Positions 9,050-18,137 are shown, counted from the stretch's first letter. The stretch: 55,266 nt of DNA from Conexivisphaerales archaeon (GCA_049509455.1 JBEKZX010000006.1:1-55266); one strand, 5' to 3'. Notes: a model not told the origin generated them from the sequence alone. Numbers and translations: made by a program.

Positions 9050-10011
9050 TCCCTCAGCCTCGGGTTCAAGGCGTCAGATAGGCCGTCTCCGAGGAGGTTG
9101 AACCCCAGGACGATCAGCACGACAAGAAGCCCAGGGAAGAAGGAGACCCACCAGTAGGTGCTCACGTAAGTTGATCCTTCCTGAATCAAGAGGCCCCAAG
9201 TAGCGGTGTTGGGATCGCCGAATCCGAGAAACGAGATGACGACTTCCGTAAGGATGTTCCCAGCAACACTGAGGCTCGCGATGACGATGACGGGTGTCAG
9301 GATATTAGGGACGATGTGCCTGAATAGTATTCGGAAGTTGCTCGCACCAAGAGCCTTCTCGGCCTGTATGAACTCAAGTTCTTTGACCCGGAATATCTCA
9401 CCCCTCACGACGAATGCAATGCCGGACCACCCAAAGAATCCCAAGATGAGAACGATCAACGTCAGGCCGAACCCCGCGAAGACCAAGACTGAATACACAC
9501 GGGCGAAAAGGAGGATCAGCAGGAGGACCGGTATCACGAAGAAGACCTGTATTATGCCGAGGAGACTGGCGCTGATGATGCCCTTAGAATAACCAGCCAC
9601 AGCGCCCACTGCTATCCCTATCACCGTAGCCAACAGAGTCGCTGCAATCCCTACGTAGAGGTCATTGCGCGCTCCCCAAACGGAATCGCTAAAGACATCT
9701 ATGCCAGCCAGTTCGGTCCCGAACGGGTGCTGCCAGCTGGGGGGCTGGCCTTCCTGTCCCTGGTAGAGGGCCTCGAAGCTTCTGGCCGGATAGAGGCTGA
9801 TCAGATGCGACCCGTCGGGCAACCTTATCGAGGCCAAGACGGGCAACACAAAGGCGAATATGAAGAAGGCGATGACGATGGCAAACCCCAAGAGGCCTGA
9901 CTTGTTCCGTTTGAACCTCCTCCAGGCAACCGCCCACTGGGTCGCGCTCCTGCGCCTGGGCTTGGTGGGTTGCTTCGCGGAAGGTCCTGATGACGAGGAA
10001 CTATTTGACAG
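9046..10011 (-). CDS. oppC: oligopeptide ABC transporter permease (probable CTG start)
   Basis: HPFGTELAGID, EFIQAEKALGAS (EAA loop), LLGDGLSDALNPR. The conserved N-terminal WAVAWRRFKRNKSG lies upstream of the ORF-track TTG 9891; CTG 10011 follows GAGG. Confidence 0.9.
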   Translation of the reverse strand: MSNSSSSSGPSAKQPTKPRRRSATQWAVAWRRFKRNKSGLLGFAIVIAFFIFAFVLPVLASIRLPDGSHLISLYPARSFEALYQGQEGQPPSWQHPFGTELAGIDVFSDSVWGARNDLYVGIAATLLATVIGIAVGAVAGYSKGIISASLLGIIQVFFVIPVLLLILLFARVYSVLVFAGFGLTLIVLILGFFGWSGIAFVVRGEIFRVKELEFIQAEKALGASNFRILFRHIVPNILTPVIVIASLSVAGNILTEVVISFLGFGDPNTATWGLLIQEGSTYVSTYWWVSFFPGLLVVLIVLGFNLLGDGLSDALNPRLRE

Positions 10012-10023
10012 ACAACGTCGCCT

Positions 10024-10998
10024 CTACGATACCCTGACCCTCGGGTCCACCATGCCGTAGACAAGATCCACGATAAGGTTCGCGAAGAGGACCATTATGG
10101 TGATCACTATGGTGATACCTTCAACGGTGGTGATGTCCAGCGAAAGAGCAGCCTGAGTGAAGGCATACCCTAGACCAGGCCAAGTGAACGCCGTCTCAAG
10201 TGCTGGGGCTCCGCCCAAAGCAGCGCCTATCGAGAGGCCCACCAGAGTGATGATTGGTGAGATGGCGTTCTTCAGGGCATGGCGGTAGGTGATTGTCCTG
10301 TCGCTCAGGCCACTGGCGTAGGCCGCTAGGATGTAGTCCTGCCTCATCACTTCGAGCATGTTTCCTCTCAGCACCCTCACCCAGGTCGCTATTTCAACGT
10401 AGGTGAGGACAGCCATGGGGAGAATGAGATGCGCGATACTGTCCATGAACGGGCTCCCCCACCAGAGCCTCAGACCTCCTGCGGTCGCCCCGTAGGATGG
10501 GAGTATCGGGATGTAGAACGCGAAAACAACAATGAGCATAAGCCCGAGCCAGAAGGTGGGCATGGAGTACCCGAAGATTGTCGCGCCCGTTATGACGTAG
10601 TCCGACTTGGTGTACTGATGCTTGGCCGAGTAGATTGCGACGGGGATTCCTATGGCCAGAGAAAGGAAGAGGGCTGAAAGCTGGAGGTAGAGCGTCGTCC
10701 AAGTCCATGCTCCTATCTCTAGAGCAACGGGCCTGTTCGTCGTCGTAGATACCCCTAGGTTAAAGTGAAGAAGGTTCCAGAGATAGTAGAGGTATCGCAG
10801 GGTGACGGGCTGGTTGAGGTGATAGTAGGCCGTGAGCTCCGCGATAAGGGCAGGGGAAGGCTTCCTCAGGCCATGAAGGACGAGGGCGATCGGGTTCCCT
10901 GCCGCGTTGCCGACAAAGTAGACCAGCATCGTCACTCCGACTAAAATCGGAATCATGAATAGAATCCGTCGAATCACGTAATTGAGCAGACTACCCAA
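10024..10998 (-). CDS. oppB: oligopeptide ABC transporter permease
   Basis: YVIRRIL, YLYYLWNLLHFNLG, MPTFWLGL, QDYILAAYASGLS, VDLVYGMVDPRVR; TTG 10998 is the likely start. Confidence 0.93.
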   Translation of the reverse strand: MGSLLNYVIRRILFMIPILVGVTMLVYFVGNAAGNPIALVLHGLRKPSPALIAELTAYYHLNQPVTLRYLYYLWNLLHFNLGVSTTTNRPVALEIGAWTWTTLYLQLSALFLSLAIGIPVAIYSAKHQYTKSDYVITGATIFGYSMPTFWLGLMLIVVFAFYIPILPSYGATAGGLRLWWGSPFMDSIAHLILPMAVLTYVEIATWVRVLRGNMLEVMRQDYILAAYASGLSDRTITYRHALKNAISPIITLVGLSIGAALGGAPALETAFTWPGLGYAFTQAALSLDITTVEGITIVITIMVLFANLIVDLVYGMVDPRVRVS

Positions 10999-11096
10999 GT
11001 AATCTGACCTCGGAGTCCAATCGGGCACGAAGGCCCTCTTATACCTTGCTAAACGCGTATCGATTCAACCGAGCGGAGACCCGAAGGCGTGAATCA

Positions 11097-12269
11097 TTAG
11101 ACGGCGTGGCCATCAGACAAGGAGAGAAGGGCGTCCGCCGCCGTGTCCGAGAGATTCCGCGCAAACGAGAAGTCAGGCCCGCGGCTGACTATGAGGAGCG
11201 GGTCGGCCATCTCTCTGCCGAAGACACGAAGGGAATCCAACTCTAGAGGGAGGGAGACGAGCCCCGTCCTATGATGAAGTGAGAAGGGGGACCTGTAGTC
11301 GCCCTGCGGCTTCATCGAGCTCCAATCCACGAGGATCTGGTCCTTTCTGGCCTCCTTGTTCTCTGTCTGAGAGGTCGTGAAGGGCTCATTGAGCGGGAGG
11401 CTAGCATAGTCACTCCGGACATCCTCGTCTCTCAGAGCTACTTCAAGTCGCATCTGAACGGCCCTCACGATATGGCGGAGAGCACCGAAGTCAAGGGGTT
11501 CCGAATCGTGTCCGATTCTGCATAGAACCTGGAAGCCTCGAGAACCGCTGAACTTCACCATGGGACGACACCCCGCTTCCTTTAGAATGCGGAAGGTAAC
11601 GGCTGCGGCGTGACCAGCGTATGAAATCCCATCGGGTCTACCAGCCAAATCGTCGCCCAGGTCCAAGTCGATCAGGAAGATGTCGGGCCGGCCGTCAAAG
11701 CCATGGACATAGGGGACGAAGTCGACACAGTGGTCGTGCACCAGCCTCATGACATCCGTTTTATCACGGACCGTGAGGCTCACTGGCTTGGGCTTGTACT
11801 TGGCGTAGCGGACGAAAATGGCCTCTACCTCCTTAATGGGGTCCTTCCTGCCGGAGAAGACCTTGACGGCCGAGAGTGGCCTGTCTACGAGGTAGGGGAG
11901 CATGATGTCCACTACCAAGGGATAGTACCTCTCGGCGCAGTACACAAGATAATAGCTCCTGTTGAGCACCTCCCTGCTGGCCCTTGCCATGCCGCTAACA
12001 TAGGCGTCGATGGCCCTTCTTCTGTAGAAGCCCTTGCCGTCCTCCGCTATGAGGCCCTCCGTCACTAGAGAGGAGAAGGCCTCCCGGTAGTCTCTTTCTA
12101 CGGGGTCCGCCTCCCTCAGAAAGGTCATGTCACGGGTCACCTTCTCCATGATGTGATCGAGGGACACGGCCCTGCCTTCCTCCTTGATGCTCATCAGGAA
12201 GGCGATCCTGTCGTGGAGGCTCAGCGTCACAGGAACCGGGGAGCTGCCGTCGCTTCTCGTTGCTGCCAC
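11097..12269 (-). CDS. LigD-type archaeo-eukaryotic primase-polymerase (AEP) domain protein with N-terminal wHTH-like extension
   Basis: YYPLVVDIMLPYLVDRPLS, motif I IDLD, motif II KFSGSRGFQV, motif III ILVDW, RSPFSLH. Start uncertain (GTG 12269 or ATG 12194). Confidence 0.75.
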   Translation of the reverse strand: MAATRSDGSSPVPVTLSLHDRIAFLMSIKEEGRAVSLDHIMEKVTRDMTFLREADPVERDYREAFSSLVTEGLIAEDGKGFYRRRAIDAYVSGMARASREVLNRSYYLVYCAERYYPLVVDIMLPYLVDRPLSAVKVFSGRKDPIKEVEAIFVRYAKYKPKPVSLTVRDKTDVMRLVHDHCVDFVPYVHGFDGRPDIFLIDLDLGDDLAGRPDGISYAGHAAAVTFRILKEAGCRPMVKFSGSRGFQVLCRIGHDSEPLDFGALRHIVRAVQMRLEVALRDEDVRSDYASLPLNEPFTTSQTENKEARKDQILVDWSSMKPQGDYRSPFSLHHRTGLVSLPLELDSLRVFGREMADPLLIVSRGPDFSFARNLSDTAADALLSLSDGHAV

Positions 12270-12291
12270 CCATGGTCGAGAGGGACGAGTC

Positions 12292-12305
12292 ACGCTTTTA
12301 AGCGT
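12292..12305. promoter_or_regulatory. palindromic TATA-containing element between divergent AEP and HAD genes
   Basis: ACGCTT-TT-AAGCGT perfect inverted repeat with TTTTAA core, about 22 nt from each probable start. Confidence 0.5.
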
Positions 12306-12326
12306 CGCTGGTCCCCCTCGTCGCAA

Positions 12327-13010
12327 ATGCAGGTGCGGGCCGCCCTATTCGACCTTGACGGGACGCTGGTGGAGTTCAAGGTCGACTACAACCTTGGCAG
12401 GAGGATGATACTTCAGTTCGCTGGGGGGAGGGGATACGACATGGAAGGGCAGACCGAGGATAGGAACATGCACGACATCATAGAACACTACTCCCTCATC
12501 GGTGACGAGAGCGCCCACGCCGACGTCAGAAGATACGCATACGACCTCATGGAGAGGCTCGAAGTGGTGGGAGCCTCAGAGACGCGGCCCTTCCCTGACA
12601 CCTTGCCCGCTCTCCAGGCACTCCGGCAGGGGGGCCTGAAGATGGGCATCGTCACTAACAGCGCCCGCAAGGCCGTGGAGATCGTCATGGGCCGCTACCC
12701 CCTTGGCCCCTTCTTCGACGTCATCACCACCAGGGACGACGTCACCGTGATAAAGCCTGACCCTGGCATCGTCCATTTCACGATTCATGCGTTGGGCGTG
12801 GGCAGCGATGAGTGCTTCTTCGTGGGGGACGCGCCGGGTGACGTCCAGGCGGCCAAGTCCTGCCGGATAGTGTCCGTCGGCATACCGCGTGGAGCCGCCT
12901 CGAAGGAGGCTCTCTTGAGCGCCAGGCCGGACTACCTGATAGAAAGCCTGGATTGCCTTCCCGATTTGGTCGCAAATTTAAAAGCACAGGATCAGAAACA
13001 TCTCTCATGA
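12327..13010 (+). CDS. HAD-superfamily hydrolase (phosphoglycolate phosphatase-like)
   Basis: FDLDGTL motif I, VTN motif II, KPDP, VGDAPGD motif IV; ATG 12327. Confidence 0.9.
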   Translation: MQVRAALFDLDGTLVEFKVDYNLGRRMILQFAGGRGYDMEGQTEDRNMHDIIEHYSLIGDESAHADVRRYAYDLMERLEVVGASETRPFPDTLPALQALRQGGLKMGIVTNSARKAVEIVMGRYPLGPFFDVITTRDDVTVIKPDPGIVHFTIHALGVGSDECFFVGDAPGDVQAAKSCRIVSVGIPRGAASKEALLSARPDYLIESLDCLPDLVANLKAQDQKHLS

Positions 13011-13753
13011 GCGGAAGCCTGGCCGGCAAGCTCGTCGTGGTCACCGGAGGCAGCGGGGACATAGGAAAGGAGATAACGCTGGCCGCTGCGGAGGAGGGGG
13101 CCAGGGTGATAGCCACCTACAATTCAGGCGGTGCCAAGGCCGCCCGGCTGGCCGGGGTGGCCGCGACGAAGAGGCTCGATGTGCACGTCCTGAAGCTGGA
13201 CGTTTCCAATGAAACGGCGGTGAAGGATTTCTTCGATCAGATAGGAAGCGAGTTCGGCCAGATCGACTCACTGATCAACGCGGCCGGCCACTCCAGCAGG
13301 GAGACATGGTTCGCCGGCCTGGACGAGCTGGACGCCGAAAAGTGGCTGGGAGTCCTCAAGGTGGACCTCCTTGGAACTTTCTTCTGCTGCCGCGAGGCCG
13401 CCCGTCACATGAGGGAGGGCGCCTCAATCGTCAACTTCTCTTCGTCGGCCGGGGTGACCGGGCATAACGAGGGCCTCCCCTACACCGCCGCCAAGGCGGC
13501 GGTGATAGGAGTGACCAAGAGCTTGGCCGCGATGATGGGACCGCTCATCCGGGTGAACGCCATCGCCCCGGGAAACGTGGAAGCCGGCAGCATCGTGTGG
13601 TACGACCAGAGGGGGCGTGACGAGATGGCCGCCGAGGCCTCGCTGAAGAGGCTTGGCACCTCGAAGGAGGTGGCGGAGGTCGTCGTGTTCCTGGCCTCCG
13701 ATAAGTCCTCGTTCATCACGGGACAAGTGATCCTAGTCGATGGGGGCATCTAG
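13007..13753 (+). CDS. SDR family NAD(P)-dependent oxidoreductase (FabG-like)
   Basis: TGGSGDIG, INAAG, YTAAK, RVNAIAPG, ITGQVILVDGG; ATGA overlap with the HAD gene. Confidence 0.92.
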   Translation: MSGSLAGKLVVVTGGSGDIGKEITLAAAEEGARVIATYNSGGAKAARLAGVAATKRLDVHVLKLDVSNETAVKDFFDQIGSEFGQIDSLINAAGHSSRETWFAGLDELDAEKWLGVLKVDLLGTFFCCREAARHMREGASIVNFSSSAGVTGHNEGLPYTAAKAAVIGVTKSLAAMMGPLIRVNAIAPGNVEAGSIVWYDQRGRDEMAAEASLKRLGTSKEVAEVVVFLASDKSSFITGQVILVDGGI

Positions 13754-13783
13754 CCGTTTCGTGTGTCGGACCCTGCTGGAAGC

Positions 13784-13790
13784 TTAAATA
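13784..13790 (+). promoter_or_regulatory. TATA box of the queD-queC-folE2 operon
   Basis: TTAAATA about 35 nt upstream of TTG 13825, flanked by the inverted pair TTCGTGT (13758-13764) / ACACGAA (13793-13799). Confidence 0.45.
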
Positions 13791-13824
13791 GAACACGAAG
13801 GGAGTCTTCACAGGGAAGCATTCT

Positions 13825-14526
13825 TTGAATAGCGATAGCAAGCCTGTGTTCGTGGAAGTTGCCCGCCAGAACACAAGGGACAGCATGAGGACCTTCGTGC
13901 AGAGCCTCGTCGCCGAGGGCGTGGAGGCGCGGATGAAGGAGGGAAGGGGCTTCGCTTACATCGAGAGCACCTCGGCCATCTACGCCCTCTCTCCAGAGGA
14001 CCTCGAGAAGGTGGACTCCGGGAAGACGAAGAGGCTGATCCCAGGTTTCGAGCCCAAGGCTTCGCTCTTCATTGAGGACGACTCTCTTCATTTTGATTAC
14101 GGCCACTCCCTGCCGACCTCGAAGACATGTTCGGTGCTCCACGGGCACAGCAGCCGTATCTCTGCTGAGGTCTTCGGGCAGGTAGGCCCCACCGGCATGA
14201 TCCTGGACTTCGCCGAGGCCAAATCGGCGCTGAAGAACACCATGAAGCTGGTGGACCACAAGTTCATCATAGGGAAGAAGTACGTCGTGGAGAGCACCAG
14301 TAGGACCGTCCATGTGAAGTTCGAAGGCCCGAACGGCGCCTTCGACCTGAGGATGCCGTCATCCCAAGTGGTCGTCCTAGAATTGGAGGCTACCAGCGAG
14401 AACATCGCCCGCTTCGTGGCGGGCAAGCTCCTTGAGGCCCTCCCCAATGGTGTGGACGCTGTCAAGCTCTTCTTCTTCGAAGGCGTCAACAAGGGAGCTT
14501 CGGCTTTCAGAGTGATGAGCCATTGA
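13825..14526 (+). CDS. queD: 6-carboxy-5,6,7,8-tetrahydropterin synthase (PTPS-I) with N-terminal extension
   Basis: FDYGH...CSVLHGH (CxxxHGH), MILDF, VDHK, TSENIA; next to queC. Confidence 0.85.
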   Translation: MNSDSKPVFVEVARQNTRDSMRTFVQSLVAEGVEARMKEGRGFAYIESTSAIYALSPEDLEKVDSGKTKRLIPGFEPKASLFIEDDSLHFDYGHSLPTSKTCSVLHGHSSRISAEVFGQVGPTGMILDFAEAKSALKNTMKLVDHKFIIGKKYVVESTSRTVHVKFEGPNGAFDLRMPSSQVVVLELEATSENIARFVAGKLLEALPNGVDAVKLFFFEGVNKGASAFRVMSH

Positions 14527-15179
14527 AAGCTGTCGTCCTCCTCTCGGGGGGGATAGATTCAGCGGCCGCCCTCTACTGGTGCAGGGAACAGGGCTGGGAC
14601 GTCTACGCGCTTACGTTCGACTACGAGCTGGAGCAGTCTCCCGACCTGAGGGCGGCCAAGAGGGTTGCACAGGCGGCTAGCGTGAGGCATCATCTGGTGG
14701 TCGACTCCTCGTTCTACAAGGAACTGAAGGGCTCCCCATCTTCATACAGGGGGACGATCGTGGACACCGACACGGGGGTCTCTCAGGCGTACGTCCCGGG
14801 GAGGAACATCGTCTTCTTCGGCATGGCCGCTGCGTATGCCGAGACGCTCGGGGCCAGGAAGGTCGTCAGCGGGCATAACCTCGGTGACGCCGAAAGGTTC
14901 CCCGACGCTTCAGGGAGGTTCGTAGAGGCTTTCAACAAGCTTTTGCGGCTAGGGTTAAAAACCGGCCGGGGGACAAACAGCATCGAGGTCGTTGCGCCTT
15001 TCGCGAAGTTGTCCAAGACCGAAGTGCTTCGGCAGGCAGCAAGGCTGGGTGTGCCATTGAAAGACACCTGGAGTTGCTACAGCAACGGGAAGAAACCCTG
15101 CGGCGTCTGCTACGGCTGCCGCGCTCGGAGACAGGCCTTTGTCGAACTCGGCGCCGAAGACCCCACCTCGGTGAGATAG
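14523..15179 (+). CDS. queC: 7-cyano-7-deazaguanine synthase
   Basis: LLSGGIDS PP-loop, YVPGRN, SCY...CGVCYGC zinc site. Confidence 0.92.
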   Translation: MKAVVLLSGGIDSAAALYWCREQGWDVYALTFDYELEQSPDLRAAKRVAQAASVRHHLVVDSSFYKELKGSPSSYRGTIVDTDTGVSQAYVPGRNIVFFGMAAAYAETLGARKVVSGHNLGDAERFPDASGRFVEAFNKLLRLGLKTGRGTNSIEVVAPFAKLSKTEVLRQAARLGVPLKDTWSCYSNGKKPCGVCYGCRARRQAFVELGAEDPTSVR

Positions 15180-15182
15180 AAA

Positions 15183-15923
15183 GTGGAGCTTGACTTCGAA
15201 GCCGACGTCCAGAGCGAATATAGCCGCACAGACGTGCGGGCAGGCGTGACCGGCCTGAAGATGATGATCAGGGTGGGGAGGTACGTCCTTCCAGCAGAAT
15301 TCACTGTGACCACCTTGACGCAGCATTCTAGGGGCGTGCACATGAGCCGGCTGGTAGCCGCGGCGCAGGCCCATCGCGATTCTACCCACGTTGAGGAGGC
15401 TCTGAAGGGCATCACAAGGCAGACCGACGCTTCGCAGAAGGGCGCCTCGGCCACCGTCCGCTTCAGCTACCCCTTCAAGGACCTCTTCATACCAGTCGAG
15501 ATCAGGCTGCAGAAGAACGTCTTTACGTACAGGTTCAAGGCGCCGGGGATAACAGCCTGTCCCTGCAGCAAGAAGATAGCCGGCGTGGGCCACATGCAGA
15601 GGACCTGGCTGTCTTTGGCGCTGAACTCCAGGACCTTCGTCGACATAGAGGAACAGGTGTTCAGGATGCTTTCATGCTTCAGCGCCGAGACGACGGCCAT
15701 GATGAAAAGGAGCGAGGAGGCCATGAAGGTGGTGGAGAGCCAGCGGAACACCAAGTTCGTTGAAGACGTAGTGCGCGACGCCGCCAAGGAGTTCCCGGAT
15801 GCCTTCTACATCGAAGCCAGGAGCGAGGAGTCCATCCACATGCATGATGCCATCGCTATCGTCGACCGGCGTGGGCCTGCGCGGAACGCGTTCGTCCTTC
15901 GACGCGCAGGAAAGGGGCGCTAA
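15183..15923 (+). CDS. folE2: GTP cyclohydrolase I, FolE2/MptA family
   Basis: RGVHMSRL, TACPCS, HMQR, KRSEE, KFVEDVVR, EESIHMHDA. Confidence 0.88.
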   Translation: MELDFEADVQSEYSRTDVRAGVTGLKMMIRVGRYVLPAEFTVTTLTQHSRGVHMSRLVAAAQAHRDSTHVEEALKGITRQTDASQKGASATVRFSYPFKDLFIPVEIRLQKNVFTYRFKAPGITACPCSKKIAGVGHMQRTWLSLALNSRTFVDIEEQVFRMLSCFSAETTAMMKRSEEAMKVVESQRNTKFVEDVVRDAAKEFPDAFYIEARSEESIHMHDAIAIVDRRGPARNAFVLRRAGKGR

Positions 15924-16064
15924 GTGGGCTCAGCCTAATGCCTTTCATGTCATCATTTGTCCTATTAACTCTGATGCATCACAGCCCGTTCCGAACTTCT
16001 CCTGACCGGCTAAAAGACTTTTCACCTCACGAAGAGTTTAAACGATGTCACCCCGCGTCATCCT

Positions 16065-16628
16065 GTGTTGGCAGTCGATGGAGTCGTCCTCCTGGACTGG
16101 TTCATCGTCACAGCCTTCATCGCTCTAGTGGTCGGCATCACCCATTCCTTATACGGAGCGGGCAGGGATCGGAGCCTGAAGAGACCGCACGGGGTGCCCA
16201 AGCTCGTCCTCCCCTCCACCGGATACTTCATCCAGACCACGACTCCGGAGGTGGACTCGATGCTGCTCTATGGAGAGGAGATGCTCAGGAAGGGAAGGCT
16301 CGACGAGGCGATAAGGACCTCCTTCTCCGCCTCTGAGGACCTCCTTCAGCAGGCGGCCGCCAAGATGAACGTCGCCCCGGGACACGCTACCCTGGCCGAC
16401 TTGGGCAGGAAGCTCACAGACGCCGGCCTCGTGCAGCTGGAGATGGGCGAACTGAGCATCCTGGACACGGCCATCAGATCTTTGGGAGGGCCGCTCACCA
16501 TCGCGACGGCCACGAGGGCCCTGAGCGCCGCCGTATATGTGAGGACCTACTTCTCGCACGCCCCGATAATCCTGCCGGCCGACAAAAAGTCTATAGGCTC
16601 TGGCAGCCCTTCGGTTCCCCAGGCTTGA
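16065..16628 (+). CDS. membrane-anchored hypothetical protein with a HEPN-like helical C-terminal domain
   Basis: One N-terminal TM; EAIRTSFSASEDLLQQAAAK..HATLADLGRKL resembles the HEPN helix pattern; no RxxxxH. TTTAAA at 16038-16043. Confidence 0.55.
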   Translation: MLAVDGVVLLDWFIVTAFIALVVGITHSLYGAGRDRSLKRPHGVPKLVLPSTGYFIQTTTPEVDSMLLYGEEMLRKGRLDEAIRTSFSASEDLLQQAAAKMNVAPGHATLADLGRKLTDAGLVQLEMGELSILDTAIRSLGGPLTIATATRALSAAVYVRTYFSHAPIILPADKKSIGSGSPSVPQA

Positions 16629-17200
16629 GGCGACCTCACCCGTTCAAGAAGGGCATAAGGGTCCTGGGCATAGCGGAGTCGTTCGTCCCCAAGGAGGACC
16701 GAGAGAGCCTCTTAGCGGGAGTCGTGATGCGAAAGGACCGAGTGATCGACGGCTTCGCGTTCGCCAGGACGAAAGTGGGCGGCGACGACTCTACGGCCAA
16801 GATAGTCTCACTCTGCCGAGGCCTGGGGAGGAACGACGTCAACGCCATCATGCTCTCCGGGGCGGTCATCTCCTTCTATAACATCGTCGACCTGGAAAGG
16901 GTTCATTCGGAGACCGGCCTTCCGCTCGTCTGCCTGACCTACAAGGAGTCGGAAGGGCTCGAGGACAACATCAGGAAGCATTTCCCGGATTCCAACGCTA
17001 GGAAGCTCGCCCGCTATCGCAAGCTGGGACGCCGCAGTGGAGTCCAGCTGAAGACCGGCAAGAAGGTCTTCGTCAGGGCGCTGGGCATAGAGGAGGAGGA
17101 CCTCCGCCTCCTTCTGGACGCCTTTTCGCTGGAGGGCAAGTATCCCGAACCCGTGCGGGTCGCCGGCCTGCTGGCGGCAGCCGTGCGCTCTAGGCCCTGA
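16625..17200 (+). CDS. DUF99 family (endonuclease V-like) protein
   Basis: RVLGIAES, GVVMRKD..IDGF, VGGDDST, IMLSG..FYNIVD, PEPVRVA; TTGA overlap with the upstream gene. Confidence 0.85.
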   Translation: MRRPHPFKKGIRVLGIAESFVPKEDRESLLAGVVMRKDRVIDGFAFARTKVGGDDSTAKIVSLCRGLGRNDVNAIMLSGAVISFYNIVDLERVHSETGLPLVCLTYKESEGLEDNIRKHFPDSNARKLARYRKLGRRSGVQLKTGKKVFVRALGIEEEDLRLLLDAFSLEGKYPEPVRVAGLLAAAVRSRP

Positions 17201-18023
17201 ACCTTAGATCGAGCACGACCTGGCTGACCCTGGGACCGACTTCCCTGACGACCTTGCCCAGCTCCATGCTAAGCTGCGGGTACTCACCCTTCAGTTCGTC
17301 CCAGGCGACGTCGAAGGGCTTCGGGTCCTCCGTAGCAACGTGCGCGTAGTAGTGAATCACGGCGTTGGGCCGGCAGACCTTGACGGCGTATTGGAGGTAC
17401 TCATTGGCCCTTTCGGGGAGGGGCATGAGGACCCGGTCCACCCCTGCTACGAGCCTTCTCCAAATCTCGGCGCAGTCTCCCAGCAGAGGGGCCACCCTCC
17501 CCTGTACCTTGTTGAGGGCCACGTTGCTCACCATATAGTCGTACGCGTCCTTGTTAATCTCGCTGCTATAGACTAGGACGTCCCTGTGCCTCTTCGCGAT
17601 GACTATGGAGTAGGTCCCCACTCCTGCAAACATGTTGAAAACCTCCTCCTTTGCGCCCACCAGCTCGGCTATCCTGGCCCGCTCGGTGGAGAGGCGAGGG
17701 GAGAAATACATCTTCGAAATGTCCACCATGAACCGGCATCCGAATTCGGTGTAAAGGGTGGTGGAACGGACTTCGCCGCCCAGGAACTCGAGCCTGCGTA
17801 TCCTGAAGTCTCCGTCGACGGGGCCCACCTGGTTCCAGACGCCCTTCAGGTTCTTGACTTCCGCGAGGAGGGCGTCGGCCACCACCTTCTTCCGATCCTG
17901 AGGGAAGGCTTCGGGCAGCTTGACGACGGCCAGGTCGCCGATGGCGTCGAAGCCCCCCGCCACCTGTTCGACTTCTTCGGGGAGCAGCTTGCCCTCCAGC
18001 AGCTTTCGGAGCAGCTTCGTCAT
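17190..18023 (-). CDS. trm5: Trm5/Taw2-family (Met-10) class I SAM-dependent tRNA methyltransferase
   Basis: GDLAVV, YFSPRLSTER, MFAGVG.YSI, EINKDAY, DRVLMPLP, IHYY. Confidence 0.85.
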   Translation of the reverse strand: MTKLLRKLLEGKLLPEEVEQVAGGFDAIGDLAVVKLPEAFPQDRKKVVADALLAEVKNLKGVWNQVGPVDGDFRIRRLEFLGGEVRSTTLYTEFGCRFMVDISKMYFSPRLSTERARIAELVGAKEEVFNMFAGVGTYSIVIAKRHRDVLVYSSEINKDAYDYMVSNVALNKVQGRVAPLLGDCAEIWRRLVAGVDRVLMPLPERANEYLQYAVKVCRPNAVIHYYAHVATEDPKPFDVAWDELKGEYPQLSMELGKVVREVGPRVSQVVLDLRFRA

Positions 18024-18137
18024 GAGATTGGCCCTGCCTTGGGGATTGGCTGGATTTCGACAGTTAAAGTTTCCCCTCCGCCTCGCGTCGTGCCTAGGGC
18101 GACCCCGGAAGGTCGTGGTGGAGACCAGGTGGCAGGG

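Noticed and set aside
10024-10026. Pyrrolysine readthrough fusing oppB and oppC
   Set aside because: No pyl genes are visible, and an SD-preceded CTG explains oppC more simply.
13825-15923. dpd-type 7-deazaguanine DNA-modification island
   Set aside because: No dpdA/TGT-like gene or helicase/nuclease partners are present; tRNA archaeosine supply is the default explanation.
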